DNA of 64,000 bases, from assembly GCA_021613535.1 (NCBI GenBank), contig CP075496.1:12710001-12774000 (forward strand). The letters are read 5' to 3'. Below the pieces are notes generated by a model. The model saw only the letters and a list, made by a program, of their open reading frames with translations, searched no databases and was not told the origin of the DNA. Positions 14,098-28,337 of this stretch are shown piece by piece. This DNA is from Adineta vaga (lineage: Eukaryota > Animalia > Rotifera). Position 1 is the first letter of the stretch, and every line of letters begins with the position of its first letter. A program made the position numbers and the translations under genes.

Positions 14098-15181
14098 TAT
14101 TCAAATCTGTCGTTGCTAATCAGTTTGTTTTTTCTCTTCTCTTTTTTCAACATCTACTCTAACCACTATTCCGTATTTGACAAAACTTTTCTTTTGATTC
14201 CTTCGCTTACTCACCTTAACACTTAGACAAAACGTACTTCAATTTGCAAGGATGTTATTTTTCTTTTGTTTTATGTTATAATGCATATACACTGTTAAGT
14301 AACAAAAAAACTGTTTTGTTTGTTTTCTAGTTTTTTTTGTTTAACAAAAGAAATCAAGAGAGGGAGAGAGAGAGAGATTGACCTTGGTCCGTTTTCGAAT
14401 ATATTTGAAATCGAATGACGAAAACATTTACCTTTGAGATATTGAATAAAATCGTGTTTCATTTGATCGGATATATCGAGAGATTTGTTCTGTAACTTTC
14501 CTTCTTCTTCTTCTTCTAGAACCATTGTTTGTCGTATAACTTGAAACATTGTCATTAACTTTCTATTTTACTTCTTCTCGATGAATGGAAAAAGGAAAAA
14601 GAAGGATTTTTAATCGTATTAGAAAATAACCTTGATGATTATATACTTTTCTTTTCTTCTTCGATGTAACTGACAGTTATGACACCATAAATTATCATTT
14701 AGATTATCAGATAGTTATATTCAGATTAATTTCAAGATGAAACTTTTCCGTTCTTGTTTAAATGTTCAAGATAATTCCAATTTGACCTTGAAGATCATCT
14801 ATCCATTCTGATGAGAAAAAAGGTGTTTTTTTTTCTTCATTTCCGATGTAACAAAACGTTCCCATGTTGTTTTTTTTCTGACTCAAATAGATTTATATTT
14901 AAAGAACGATAAATTCTTTTTTTATCAAAACATGTTTTTCAGTATTCATTATAAATCTCGATTATTTCGCTGCGTGTTAATTGAATTGACAATCTTATGT
15001 GAGAAGAAATCAGGTCGAACCTTTTATTACTTGAAAAAGAAAGAACTGCACAATAAGAAATAGTCATCATCCAACAATATGGCAAGTATAAAAATTTAAA
15101 AAGGAAAAATAAGACTTGAAGTCTACGATAGTTTTCATTTGTTAAAAGACAGCAGAGATTATACTGATCGTTTGATTTACT

Positions 15182-16243
15182 TTATTTCTTTTGTTGTATA
15201 CGTGCTCGAATAAGTTCTTCTAGTTTTTTCGCATCAATAGAAAATTTTCGTATACCATCAGATAATTTATCACTTGCCATTTCATCTTCATTTAACATCC
15301 AACGAAATGTTTTCTCATCAAGTTTATCAAATTTCTTCTTATCTTTACTTCGATGTGCAGCTTGTTCAGCATTTAAATAAACTTGAAACTTTTCCTTCTC
15401 AACACTTTTTTGTTCACCTAATTCATCGAGTAATTTTGGACTAATAGTCAATAAATCACATCCAACTAAACCAACAATTTGTTTAGTATTACGAAATGAT
15501 GCACCCATGATAACCGTTTTGATATTATTTTGTTTATAATAATTATAAATACGTGTAACACTAACCTATAGAAGAAATGGATGATTAAAATCGTAAAAAA
15601 TATACGAATTCGAATGACTTACAACACCTGGATCTTCATCGATTTCATATTCACGTTTACCTTTTTTTTCAATATACCAATCATAGATTCGACCAACAAA
15701 TGGTGAAATCAATGTTACTTGAGCATCAGCACATGCTAATGCTTGTGCAAAAGAAAATATTAATGTCATATTACAATGAATACCATGTTTTTCTTCTAAT
15801 TCTTTTGCTGCTTGAATACCTTCCCATGTTGATGATAATTTAATTAAAATTCGATCTTTCGATATTCCACGTTCTTGATATAAATCAATTAAATGACGTG
15901 CTTTGTTGATTTGTCCTTCACGATCAAATGAAAGACGTGCATCAACTTCAGTTGATACACGACCAGGAATTATTTTAAGAATTTCAACGCCAAATGCCAC
16001 AAAGACTGTATCCATAATGTCATCAATAATTGCTTGTTCATCTAATGCTGATGAATCTTTTTCGCGACATTTATCAACAATTTCATCAATTAGATGAGAA
16101 TATTGTTTCATATTAGCAGCAGCTAATATCAACGATGGATTTGTTGTTGCATCGGTCGGTTTATATTTTTCTAACGAACCAAAATCACCCGAATCAGCAA
16201 CAATGGTTGTATGTTGACGAATTTGTTCAAGAAGATTAGCCAT
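15182..16243 (-). CDS. TALDO1: Transaldolase (exons 16243-15623 and 15565-15182)
   Basis: [33 protein letters not shown], Schiff-base [45 protein letters not shown]. Confidence 0.97.
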
Positions 16244-17190
16244 GATATAAAATCAAAATATCCTCTAAAAGACGATATATATATATGTTTAGATCAAATA
16301 CTTTGTTCTTTAGGTACAAATAAGTAACGATAAACATCATTCGATACGCTTCATTACACACAATCGATTTCAAACTAACTGATTGAACTTCTACTATATA
16401 AATTTTTTTTAATGCTAATAAGAATCTAAGTAATAATTTTAATTAGAAATGAAAAGAAAACTTTACAATCTCAATAACATTTTCTTTTGACCTTCAAAAT
16501 GTAAATTAAATCACTGCGCCAGATGTTTTCTTTCCCTAGATTTCGATATATTTAGATCAGATGTTTCATCTAATTCTCAGTCATTCTATTGAATACGTTT
16601 CTTTTTTTTTCTTCTTCATCAAACTTATCAAAAAAAGAGAAGATTAAGCAATAATTTATATATGTTTTCTTTGTAAATCCATCCATGATATCGAAAGAAT
16701 AAGAAAACATGAGAGTACAACTCGAAGATACTAAAAGCTACAACGAGTATGTGTACGAGAAAACAAATGAAAAACAAAATCAAAGAAATAAACATCGAAT
16801 AAGATAATAAATATGAAGATCGACAGACGAAAAAAAGAAACAAAAACAGAATGTACATGTAATCAATGAAAACGAGAGAGAGAGATCATCCATGCACCAA
16901 ACAATACTACGAGAAGATTATTTATTTGTTTGTTTGTTTTTCTTTTGATTGTTGCATGTCTATCACTTTTCATTGCACGAAAACAAACTGAACAAAACAC
17001 AGAGAGAAACAGAAAAGAAATTACCGAAATCAAAAACGTAAAAAAAATTTTTTTTTTGAATAAGGCAACAGTAACAACAACAAAAAACCTTTCCCAAGGT
17101 TAATCAAAACATAAAAGAGCTTTTTTCATTTAAATTCACCGACAAAAGCGCAACAGCAAAAGAAGAAGAAGAAGAAGATAAATATTGAGA

Positions 17191-20122
17191 TTAGACAGTT
17201 GTTTGTGATACTGATGAAAAATATCGAAAGAGTTCTTGTCGATAAGTTGAAGGAATATGACCACGTTTGACAAAAACAAGTTTTGTATCTTCAACTTCAC
17301 AATCAATTTGAATCATAGGTACATGATTTGCTGGAACATGAATTGATTCTAGCAAAAAAAACAAAAGTTGAAAAGATCAATTCAAATATGTATTGAACTA
17401 TACTATTTAAATGTGTAATTGAAGCTGGTAAGATAAGAGACATTTTCGGTCGTTGAGTTTGATTCGTTACCATTGCAGGTAAAATTAAATGATCCTAGAC
17501 AAATGAAATGTTTATTGAAAAGATTCAATCAAAATCTCATACGCGTTTGAAAGAAACGAAATAGAGTGTATCATTTCTTCGATCAATTGCATGAATAAAA
17601 TCATCATAATTTGGTTCATATCCTTTATATGGTTGTAATTGTCCTTTACTTGCTGATTGAATTCTAAAGAAATAATAGTTGAATTCAAAGAATATTTTCT
17701 TTTCATTGAAAAAAACAAAGAAAACAAACTTTGGTGTTCGTCGATTTAGAAGAGCAACTTTTCTTGGAATATGTTGTTGATGATCTTGTGAATCACTCAC
17801 AGGGACGAGATTAGGAGCTGTTGGAATGGTAACTGAATTTGAATCAGGTATTGTAACCGGTTTTGTTTTATCAATTGTTTCTTCTTGACGATAATGATCT
17901 TGTACCCATGAACGAAGTTCTTGATTGATTCTATCAAGAAGAAAATTAAATGATATTATCCACAATGAAACTATAGTGAAAATCAAAACATCTATTGAAG
18001 ACTAAGAAAAAAACCTATTTACCGTTGTGAGTGAGTTTTATTAATAAAAGCCACACATTGTAAGTACGGATAGGTCGTAATCAATGATGAATCATTATTA
18101 TTATTCCCAATCGAACCATCGTCAGTATCACTACTAGCTACATATGAATTATCATTACTACTACGTCGACGATCAGCACTAAGAATTGTTCGACCGCGAA
18201 GTATTGTTTCTTCGCCTTTATAACCAGAATGACTATTATATAAAGCAATCGAACCTGATGAATCCGTTGAAATTGGTGATAGAGATCTATATGAAAGAAA
18301 CTTCTTGAAACAAAACTATTCACAGAGAATGTATAATTTACTTTAATGTAAAGATATTGAATACAACTAAAAGAACGATACCCATCAATATCAATGGTTT
18401 ACGTACACGTGGTGACGCTATACCATTACCGAGTTTATAAGTTTTCAAGAGATCGTTCTATAATATTACACAAACGAAGAATTATATTTTTAATTTCTGA
18501 AGAGAATCTACGCTTCATACCTCCATTTCAAGAGTGTGTACACGTGTTAATAATTTCGTATTTTCACTTTTTAATCGATCGTTTTCATCAGATAATTCTT
18601 TTACTTTTACTTCAAGATTTTCCATTAACTAAGAAAAAAAAACATTTTTCTCGTCAGAAAAACTAACGATAAATGATTTCAATTCAAATACGAACTTGTT
18701 TACGTCGTTTACGTGACAGAGATGCTGATTCACGATTTTTTATCATTCGAAGATGTTTCTTCAATGCTTCTTCCTATACGAAATTAAAAGTACGATCTAC
18801 GTTTTTTTGTTTCTTAGATAATAATCATTAAAGAACTTACGCTAACATTTCCATATTGAACTTTTAATTGATCAAGTGTTAATGTCGTTAATTCAGATGG
18901 TTGAACAGGTAATTGCTGTTGATTATTTGAACTTTCTGAACGTCGTCGTTTGGCTGGTGGTGAAGTCATTGAATTTGTTCCATTCAATGTTTTAATAAAG
19001 GTTCCAGTAGTTAATGATGAATTTTCAGTATTAGTCGAATTTGGATATACAGTTGTAATACGTTTCACATTAGTTGTTGGAATAGTATCGGCTTCTACGG
19101 AAAACAAACAAAAACAAAAAAGACGGTTTAAATAATTATTTTCTAATGAATTTAATCTCACCTGTTTTAACAATAGTTACTGGTGTTGCTGTTGTCGTTA
19201 ACGGCATTTTGATTACAGGTACTTTTGCGACAGTAAAAGGTTTTGATGTAGTAATTATTGTAATATTAGCTGGCGATGATTGGACTGGTAGTGTTGTATT
19301 GACTACCGGTTCGATTTTAACACATTTTGTTCCTGTTGATGCTGTACCGGCATAAGATTGAAGTTTAACACAACTTGTAATTTGTGGTTGCTGTTGTGGA
19401 GGAAAATTTATTTGATTTATTGATGGTCTCGGTAAAATTATCGGTCGTTGAGTTGAAATTGGTGATGGTGAAGGAACAAGACTTGATGAGGGTGGAGGAG
19501 ATGGATATGGATTTTGAATTGATGATGGAGATGATAATGGCTATAGAGGAAGAAAAACGAATTAGAAATGTTCTTTTAGTCATGTAAAATAAATTTTTAC
19601 AATTTGTTGTAATGCTTCGGAATTTTGTTGATCGGGTAATTCAAATCCTGCAAAGAGATCATCCAATGTTGAACTATCCGAATCTGTTAAACCATCAGCA
19701 AGCATCAACGAATGCTAAAACAAAAGAGATGAATTGATAAATGATGAAGCAGAAAATATGATCAATTATACTTGTTCATTAATCAATGCATTAATATCAT
19801 AATGTTCACCGTTTGGATCATCGGAAAGTGGACTATCCATAGTCCAAGGCCAAATATCTATTTTTGAAAAATCAATGTCATACTTTCATTGAAAATGAAC
19901 CGATCATACTCACCAAAATGATTATTTAATTCTCCTGTCATCGGTGGTGTATCGGAAATTCGACTATCGTTATCATTTTCAGTTGAGGGTGATGACTATC
20001 AAAACATAAACAAAAAGAATTCATTGAAGAAAAAAAAAGCTTCTATTGTTTTATACATTTTTATTTGAGACTGCGTCAAATCCACCGAATAAAGATTCGT
20101 AATCAATATCAATTGTACTCAT
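17191..20122 (-). CDS. ATF6: ATF6-like ER-membrane bZIP transcription factor
   Basis: bZIP RMIKNRESASLSRKRRK with leucine zipper; TM PLILMGIVLLVVFNIFTL; RxxL site-1 protease motif RTIL; luminal motifs CVAFINKTHSQRINQELRSWV, IDRRNDTLYFVSFKRDHLILPA, RPKMSLILPA, MIQIDCEV. Confidence 0.93.
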
Positions 20123-20414
20123 TGTTAATTTCGTTTTTTAATTATTGAATAAAAGCATTTATGCATTTAATTGTAGACTATATTTTGAAATAAATAACAT
20201 AACATCTGGTGTTTCTTTTTCTATTCTTATAAAAGAACAAAAGAATTGTCCTTCAGCATGAACAGAATATTTAATAATAAACTTTTCTTTTGCTTTTCTG
20301 TCGACAAATATCAATGGTGTGTAGAAATCTAGAAAAAGTTTCAATCAAAACAAAGACGTTAGTTTTACTCAGTAAATGTAAGTTTATTCAAACCAATCGA
20401 GAAACGACAAACGT

Positions 20415-20422
20415 CCACGTCA
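20415..20422 (-). promoter_or_regulatory. UPRE-like element TGACGTGG upstream of ATF6
   Basis: Exact TGACGTGG on the ATF6 sense strand about 290 bp 5' of the ATG. CCAAT/ATTGG boxes lie nearby at 20393, 20461 and about 20514. Confidence 0.55.
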
Positions 20423-22007
20423 GTTTGCTCAAAGAGAAAGATTGATTCGTTGAGTTGGCAATTGGGAAGGAAGAAAGCACAGACGAGAAAAGGAAAAGAA
20501 GAGAATCAGCAACATTGGAATGACTCATTCGGTATATAGAGCGAACAATATACATCATCGATTGTGTTCTGTGGACCCTCATTTTATTCGGCAGGGAATT
20601 GTGTCGAAAGAGGGCGTTGGAATATTTTCTTCAACAAAAATAGCAATTATTTCATGTTAATAAAAAGAAAAAGCTTTCTATTTCAATGAAATTTCAATAA
20701 ATCAGATGAAAGAGAGTGAGCGTATAATGAAAAGGATACTTAACATGACGATATATTTGCACCTGTTCCAATTTTTATTTAGATTTTTGTTCCGACGTGC
20801 ATAAATAAGCAAACTATGGATGTGGGGATATAGTTTCATATGAGATGAGTGTATGACATTCCTCTGCATTATATCGTACTTCAATGCACATGATGATTTA
20901 AAAGGTTATAAATGAATAAATACCAAATATTTTGTGAGTCACTGTGATAAAATGACTTGATAGATAGAAGGGATTTTGATACAATGGGATCATTTTGAAA
21001 AGCCCAAAAAGATTAATTGATGGGATGGAAAGACGACAAACCTTATTGTACGTGCTGTATACATTTTGTCAAATCTTAGCTCGCTGATGATTTTTAACAG
21101 CCAATGATATATTTCCTAGGTCACAAATATGTTTGAGATATAATAAATCATTGCTAAATTAGATATTTGTAGTTATATTTTCCTTGAAAATGTTTAAAGA
21201 AAAACGAACCAATGTATATTTACTAAAAGATTTGCATATCGACGCTTTGAAAAATTGAATTCAATTCACCTTCGGTACTTGGGAAACACTTCCATAATTC
21301 ATACAGATTCGAAAGAATAGATGAAAATCGAGTAACCTTATTCTTTTTTGTAATATTTTTTCATGTTGATGCTATATGATACTATACGGAAGAACGTACA
21401 GGGCTTTGTAGAATAGATTTCTCCGTATCGACTGACGCAAGTTCAAAATAAATTTGATCAATTTTTTGTGATAAGAAAACATTAAAAATGAATCGGAGAA
21501 AATATTTATTTTCCGTTTAGTTTTTCGTCATTAGGGCGTTATTTCTTATGAAATAATCCGATCTCATCTTATACAAAGCTTTGGTTAGGAATAATTTACT
21601 CGTTGAGGAGCAATATCTGAGTACAGATATTTACATATACATGCACGATAGAGGGAAATGGAAACAACTGAAGCACCATTTTCCATTACGATCGTTCGAA
21701 AGAGATGGAAACAACAAAAAAACATACAAATGACTGTTACATCTTGCTGATAAGCAATACAATCGGACGAGACGTGAAACCATCATTGATATAGAAATTG
21801 ATGATGTATCAACATGTCTTGGAACTCTAACATTCATGAAGAAGACTTCCTTGTACCTTTTTTTTCAAGGTTTGAACAAGAAACAATCATTCAAAGACAT
21901 GGAATATATCGAAGGTATTTATTAAGCTTGAATAAATGAATTTTATACATGTTCTTGTACTCTATACGTTAAAATGACTAAAACAATAGCTAAATAGATA
22001 CAAATCA

Positions 22008-22625
22008 TTATGTTTCATTTTGATGTCGATGAACTCGTGTATGTCGATCAAGATTTCCTTTATGACTTGTTGAATATGAACATATCGAACAAACGAATGC
22101 TTTTTGACCCGAATGAATGGATTGATGTCGTCGTAAAAGTGCTTTTCGACAAAATGTACGTCGACATATATCACAATGATATCCAGAACGATGTGCTGTA
22201 TTAACATGTGCACGAAAATGTGCTTTACTCGTAAAGAATTGTTCACAACAATCAATGGGTTTGGAAAGAACTTCATGCATGGTTTGAATATGTCGTTTGA
22301 GATTATTTAATCGATTGGTTGTATATGCACATTGTGGACATGAAAGACGACGACGAACCTTGGAAATTGTTGAAGGTGATGATATGGGAGATTTTTTTCG
22401 ATAAGAATCTTTCTTTGTTGATGAAACATGAGGTTCTTTTTCGTTCGATGTTGAAGATAATAATGTTGGCGATGGTAATAAAAGTGGTAATGGTAGTGGT
22501 GTTGGTGTTGGTATTTGAATATAATGATCAATAAGATTTTTTAAGAAAATTTCGTGATACAATCGAAAGGATGTATCTGATTGAAGTAATAAAGGTGACG
22601 GTGGAGGAAGTGGTGGATAGAACAT
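22008..22625 (-). CDS. Single-exon C2H2 zinc-finger protein (4 fingers, Pro-rich N-terminus)
   Basis: CPQC...HIQTMH, atypical CC...HVNTAH, CDIC...HQSIH, linker SGQKAF, CSIC...HTRVH. Confidence 0.9.
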   Translation of the reverse strand: MFYPPLPPPSPLLLQSDTSFRLYHEIFLKNLIDHYIQIPTPTPLPLPLLLPSPTLLSSTSNEKEPHVSSTKKDSYRKKSPISSPSTISKVRRRLSCPQCAYTTNRLNNLKRHIQTMHEVLSKPIDCCEQFFTSKAHFRAHVNTAHRSGYHCDICRRTFCRKALLRRHQSIHSGQKAFVCSICSYSTSHKGNLDRHTRVHRHQNET

Positions 22626-23347
22626 TGAAGTGAACAGAAATGGATTGGAATTGATTTGTTGATTTGAATTGAATAGAGACCTAGAAATAATATTATTTCA
22701 TAAGATGATCTCTTACTGAATTAGTAACAATTAGAAATCATGTTTTTCTCGATAATTTTTATTATGAATTAGTTAACTTTCATGTTTCTACAAGTATTCT
22801 TCATTGCAATACTTACTCATAGTACGAACTCATCATAGTAATGTTATTGTTCAAACCATTAAAAATGACAAATGGACATGGAATCTATGAATGTCATTGA
22901 GCCGTGTGGTCGATTATTTTTTCTTCGATCTTTTTTTTCTTCTTCTTTTTTCTTCTCTCGATTCAAACATCACCATAAGACATATACGTTTAAGACAGTA
23001 GTACCTTTTTGCTCATGAATACGAGAGCGAACAAAAACAATAAAAGAAAACATTCGATGAGTCGAATCAACACTGACTCGTATAACTTTATGTATCTATC
23101 CAGAGAGAAATGTTGATGTTTCATCTCTCGGAAAAGAAAATTTTAATCATAGTAGATGTGTAAATGTATACACGTCAAAGACGAAAGAGAGAGAGAGAGA
23201 AGAAACAACGATGACAACGACACCGGTGATAAACGAGCATACATTAATTGAATGCCGTTTTGAACTCACTTTTTCCCTAGTGACGTTACATTAGGTGTTC
23301 ATTATAGAGAAGAAAGAAATGATGAGAGACAATGTAAAAGAAAGATG

Positions 23348-25577
23348 TCAAATGTCATCCCAAGAAGTGATTTGTCGTGGTTGTTGATTGAATTTGATTG
23401 GATTCATTAAACCATGATTACGATTTGTTAAAATTGAACATTCAGATTTTAATTCGACGCAATCTTCTTGTTCTTCATAATGTGATTTCGGCAATTGAGA
23501 ATCAACAATAGATTGTGATAAAGAACGTAAATGATAGCCAGATAATGTCGAATCAAGATCACGATTATGTGGATATGAATGATTGTTTGGCATATGGTCA
23601 ATTCCAAGAGTTTTATGACCACGAAAAATGAGAGAACGAAGAGTTTTCAAACGATTTGTTGCGGCTGCTTGTGGTAATATTCGATCTCGACGAACTAGAT
23701 GATGCGACATAAGTGATGAATCATCAAGACGTACGGATGTTTGCGAATGATGTCGACGAGGATGTATCGGTGTTGGATATGCTGAAGTAGTTGTTTTTGT
23801 TTGAGTGCTTAATGTTGGTGGATGAGGATAGAAGTTTCGAAAAGTTGTAGTCGGTTTGGAATGGCTTGGTCTATATACATATAATATATACATATACAGG
23901 AAATATAATAATAACAACAATAATATAAGACGATAGAGATGCAGTTGCGTGCGGTATAAAAAGAACTAATATGCGGATTTGTGCTTACCGCAACGAGAAA
24001 ATGAACCAGATGAGAGCATTGATCAAGATCAGAAGAAAAATGACAGCAGCAACAACACAAATAACAATAACAGTCATATTTGAACGACGGAATGATGCAG
24101 ACTTTGGAAATAAATCTAAATTTTTGAAAAATAAATCAATCAACAATCGATTAAGATACTTTTGTATTTATTCATGTCTTACATTGATTATAAATTGTTT
24201 GATTAAGACCTTGAGATGGCTGTTGTTGTTGTTGATTAACACCAGCCAATGACATGATATCCTAGAGCAAACATAAAAGAATACTTCATGTTTAGATATG
24301 TTCTCACACACTTTATGTTCTTTGAGTGTACCATAGATGGGCGGAGCACCATCATGTCCGGATGGAAATCGTTTTATTAAATCATTTGAATGAGTAGCAA
24401 CTAATGGTGGAAATGGCATTTCATCTCCTTGCCTATGTCTTTCGTCTTTTCCTTCTTCTGATGTTGCTGCTCCTCCTCCTCCTCCTCCTTCTTCTCCTTT
24501 TCCATGATCAATCATAGCATTCATTCCATTATCTCCTATTGGAATATGTAGAGAAGATTGTTGGGACAAATCAAATGGTGGATGATTTGTTGATATTGGC
24601 GATCGGCTAACAGTTGGTGTAGCATAACATTGTAAACGAACAGTAGCATTATTTGATACAGGTAAAACAGAATATTTAATAAGAAAACCACCATGTTTCA
24701 TATGTGCTAATGTATAAAAACGAAGTGTAACATTTTGTTGAACATTACTAACAACAGTTAATGGATCTTGTGTTAAACATTTCGTTTGAAAATCTTGTCC
24801 AAGCCAAAGTATTAGACCAGCTTCTGCACATGTTGGCAAACGAAAATCAATTACTTCGAGAACAATAGCATAGCCTGGAGATGCAAATAATGCACATGGA
24901 CAATTAAGATTTGGAGCAAATCCATGTGGATAATTTGGTGTTGATAAAAATCCGTATGTTAAAGTTGTATCTTGAGGTTGACAAACATTTTGCAGTGAAT
25001 ATTCTGAAGAAGAAGAAGAAGAAGAAAATAAACAACACATCATCTTTATGATAATCATTCATCTGTTTTTCTATTCATTAGAATAACTAATTTTTTTTCT
25101 TCTGTCTAATCATATTTGTTGTATATCATTTTCTTCGAATAACGACATATTTCTACAAATCAAACTTCTTTCATCAATAACAAACCTGCTATACATTCGA
25201 ATTCAGCTTGAACATACGATGCAGCTAAATTCCAACAATCTTGCAATATTAATGGATGTTCAATGACACGAATTGTACAGTTCGTTGTTGTTAAACAGAC
25301 AATATCATCACGTGGAACATCCATCGTACAATCTTTATCAATATAGGAACAATCATTTGACCACGAATAACCATAAATAACACGTCCTAGTTTAATCAAT
25401 TGGTTATTTGGACATCCAAGTGCTAATGTACCACTTTTTATTTCATCCAAACAATAACTTTGTTTTGAATGCCCTAATGATGAATTCTCATTTTAGATAG
25501 AATTATATTTTCATTTTCAACTTACCAATTCGTGCAAAAACTAGAGAAGGTAAGTAGAATAGGACGACTAGAAACAT
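23348..25577 (-). CDS. Type I membrane protein: signal peptide, SUEL/gal-lectin-like Cys domain, CUB domain, TM and cytoplasmic tail
   Basis: Signal peptide MFLVVLFYLPSLVFA; LGCPNNQLIKLGRVIYGY...YVQAEFEC; CUB GFLSTPNYPHGFAPNLNC...VTLRF...GGFLIKY; TM exon VIVICVVAAVIFLLILINALIWFIF near 24000-24070; last exon ends ITSWDDI*. Confidence 0.8.
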
Positions 25578-28337
25578 ATTGAATGTCACTGTTACTTTCC
25601 TAGTAAAAAGAACGAAAATCAATGACTAATGTTTTCGTATTGTCCGTGCTTTTTTTTTCGTTGTTTTTGTTTAATTGTTCAGCTGAACATTGTCCAGACA
25701 AGGGACAAACATTCGTCCACTTAATGTTTATACATTTATATCCGTTCTTTCCGGTAACAAACATAGTTTCGTCACTAGAGTCAGTTATCGTCGCTTGTCG
25801 TTTTTTTCTTCATATATCTATATCTTATTGACATGACGTGTATAAGCTTATCATTCATTTTGTTTACTTAAGAAAAACAAAATTGTTATTATTCTTACAA
25901 TATTTAATAGAGAAAACAATGCCTTTAGTCATTATCATCATTCTATTGAAGTAATTCATGCGATTAAAATTTAGATATGCTGATTTCCCCTTGAGATTGC
26001 TTGAAGAAATGTTTTCTAGGAAATAAATATTACATAGAATTTCCTGTAATAAAATAACTAATTGACCAGAAGATGACAACTGAATGATAAGATGATTTGA
26101 AACCAAACTAAAAGTAATTATCCTATTTCATAACAACGTAATAAAAAACATCGATTGATATATTTTTTTTCTTCAGATCTTCATTAATCGTCTTTTAACA
26201 TCTTTGATGACATAAATTGATCATTGCTTTTGACATAAATATGTTAGTAAAGATATTCAGATAAACAGAAATCATCAATTCTTAACCATTTGCCAATTCA
26301 TATTAGGACATTTCCTGTTCGTATTCAATAGATTTCCTTCATACTAAACGACACAATCTACATATGTTCGTGACAGACAAAAGAAAAAGAAGAAACTATC
26401 TCAGTTGATGATTTAATCTTTCTATCTCCATACAATCAATATAGTCATTGTAATTTACGAGCAATAAGTTTGACATATAAATGGTTTAGAATACCAAGTA
26501 AAAATAAATAAACAAATGTATCAGCAGTATCAACAACATTTACATTTAATGTTTGATCGGTTGATGTGTTCGAGAACAAAATAGATGAATAGATTGGAAA
26601 AAGGAGAAAACGCAAGAGAAAATCTTATGTTAACGAAAAAAATCTGTCCATGAAAGAATAACTAAGGAGAAAAACTAGAGGATAAGATCAAAGAAAACAA
26701 AGAAATAAAGAAGGAAAATAATGTTTATATAACGAACAAGCAAATGTAGTAAGAAAGAATATCTATCTATTTATTAACTAGTCCTTGGGATCGTGCAAAA
26801 AAGAAAAGAAAATAAGTTGCATTAGAAAATTAAGATCGTCTGTTGTACGTCTATCCATCTGTCAATGATTCTTGACGGCTGCTGTTATCAAGAATAAGTT
26901 TGCTTGGATGATCATAACGTATTTATTGGTTTTGTTCTCTCTCTTCTCGAATGGTATTCTCATTTCTTTGTTCTTTGTTCTTTCATTTTCATTCGATATC
27001 TCTCTGGATCGATACAATTAAATCAAGTCGTAACAGTATCTTCGAATTTTCACTATTAAGATTAGTTGCGTCGTTCGTTCTGTTTTAAAGTCGAGAAATA
27101 ATAAAAACAAAACAAAAAAATCCTCTCGAGATAGATAATCAATGCTTGTCGAAATCTCTAGAACACTTCAATATAAAAAGAAAGGGGCGAAATCAAATGA
27201 AATCTGCTGATGAGAAAAATGATCCCATGAGATATCGAAAGATTTAGTAGAGAAATATATATTCAATGTTGATTTAGAGGAAAGAGAGAGAGAGAGAGAA
27301 ACAGAAACAGAAACATTGACGAAGAAAACTCTCGCTATCGAGTTCATTTTGATCGAATATATATATATATATTGGAAGGAAAGAATTATACATAAAGTAC
27401 CATTCTCAGAATAATACGAACAAATACAAATTACATTAGTATCCCATTCCAGTAAGCTAAGTATAGAAAAAGATTCATTCTGTCATAATGAGAAGAAGAA
27501 GAAGAAAAAAAAGAAAAACAGAAATCATGTTAGTCCATCAACCTGATATGGTTTGTCAAAGAACGATCGCTATATCAGTAGGAAAGAACTATAAAAGATT
27601 TTTTTTCAGTTATTTTACAGTGTCTGCAAAATGACATAGACATCGACATATGCTTATATTCGGTTCTAAAAGTCATTTACTCTATTTTCTTATGTATATC
27701 ACATTTATTACTATATTCGTTTTTAATATCTCTTCAACAAGGAAAACTTGAAATAATACCCTTTACGAGATACTTATCTAATGACAGAATGGTAAATAGC
27801 TTCTCCGTTTTCTTTTCTTTTAATGAGATATTATGCGACTGAAGTCTTTTACTATAGTAACAACTCATAATCATTCAGCTCTAATTTTTCATGATGGCTT
27901 TTTTTTTCATTTGTTTGTGTAGTTTTCTCTCTCTCTCTCTCTAGAATATTTAATTAAAGACAAGAATGAGGTGATGAATATAGGAAGTATATTTCTATAG
28001 TTTTCTTTTTCTTCAACTCTCCTGAGATTAAACAAATGCATGCATGCTCATATACAATAGATGAAAAACTAACTAGTATTTGTTGTTCTCTAACGATATT
28101 AGAAAGAAAAATTTTATTGTTGCCCGAGGTTTTCCTTTTGTGCGTCATATGCATACTAACACATTTGAGTTAAATTAATAAGAAGCGTGATATAAGACCT
28201 TTTCTCTCTTAGGTTTTTTTTTTCATACTTGTCTGAAACAAGAAAAGAAATTCGACCCAGACTAATACATTTCTTTGCTTTTCATTAAATAAGGCTCTTC
28301 ATTTTTCTATTTTTTTTAGACAACTTTTTCTTTTCAA

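Noticed and set aside
14100-14900. X-box (RFX site) upstream of the ciliary carboxypeptidase gene
   Set aside because: Only half-site matches (gttgctaa, gttcccatg); no full palindrome.
20393-20419. CCAAT...CCACG as an ERSE
   Set aside because: The spacer is 17 nt, not the required 9; kept only as a UPRE plus CCAAT boxes.
25980-27240. COE/EBF-like sites (TCCCATGAGA at 27223 and weaker ones) upstream of the calcium sensor
   Set aside because: Only degenerate matches; not distinguishable from chance by eye.
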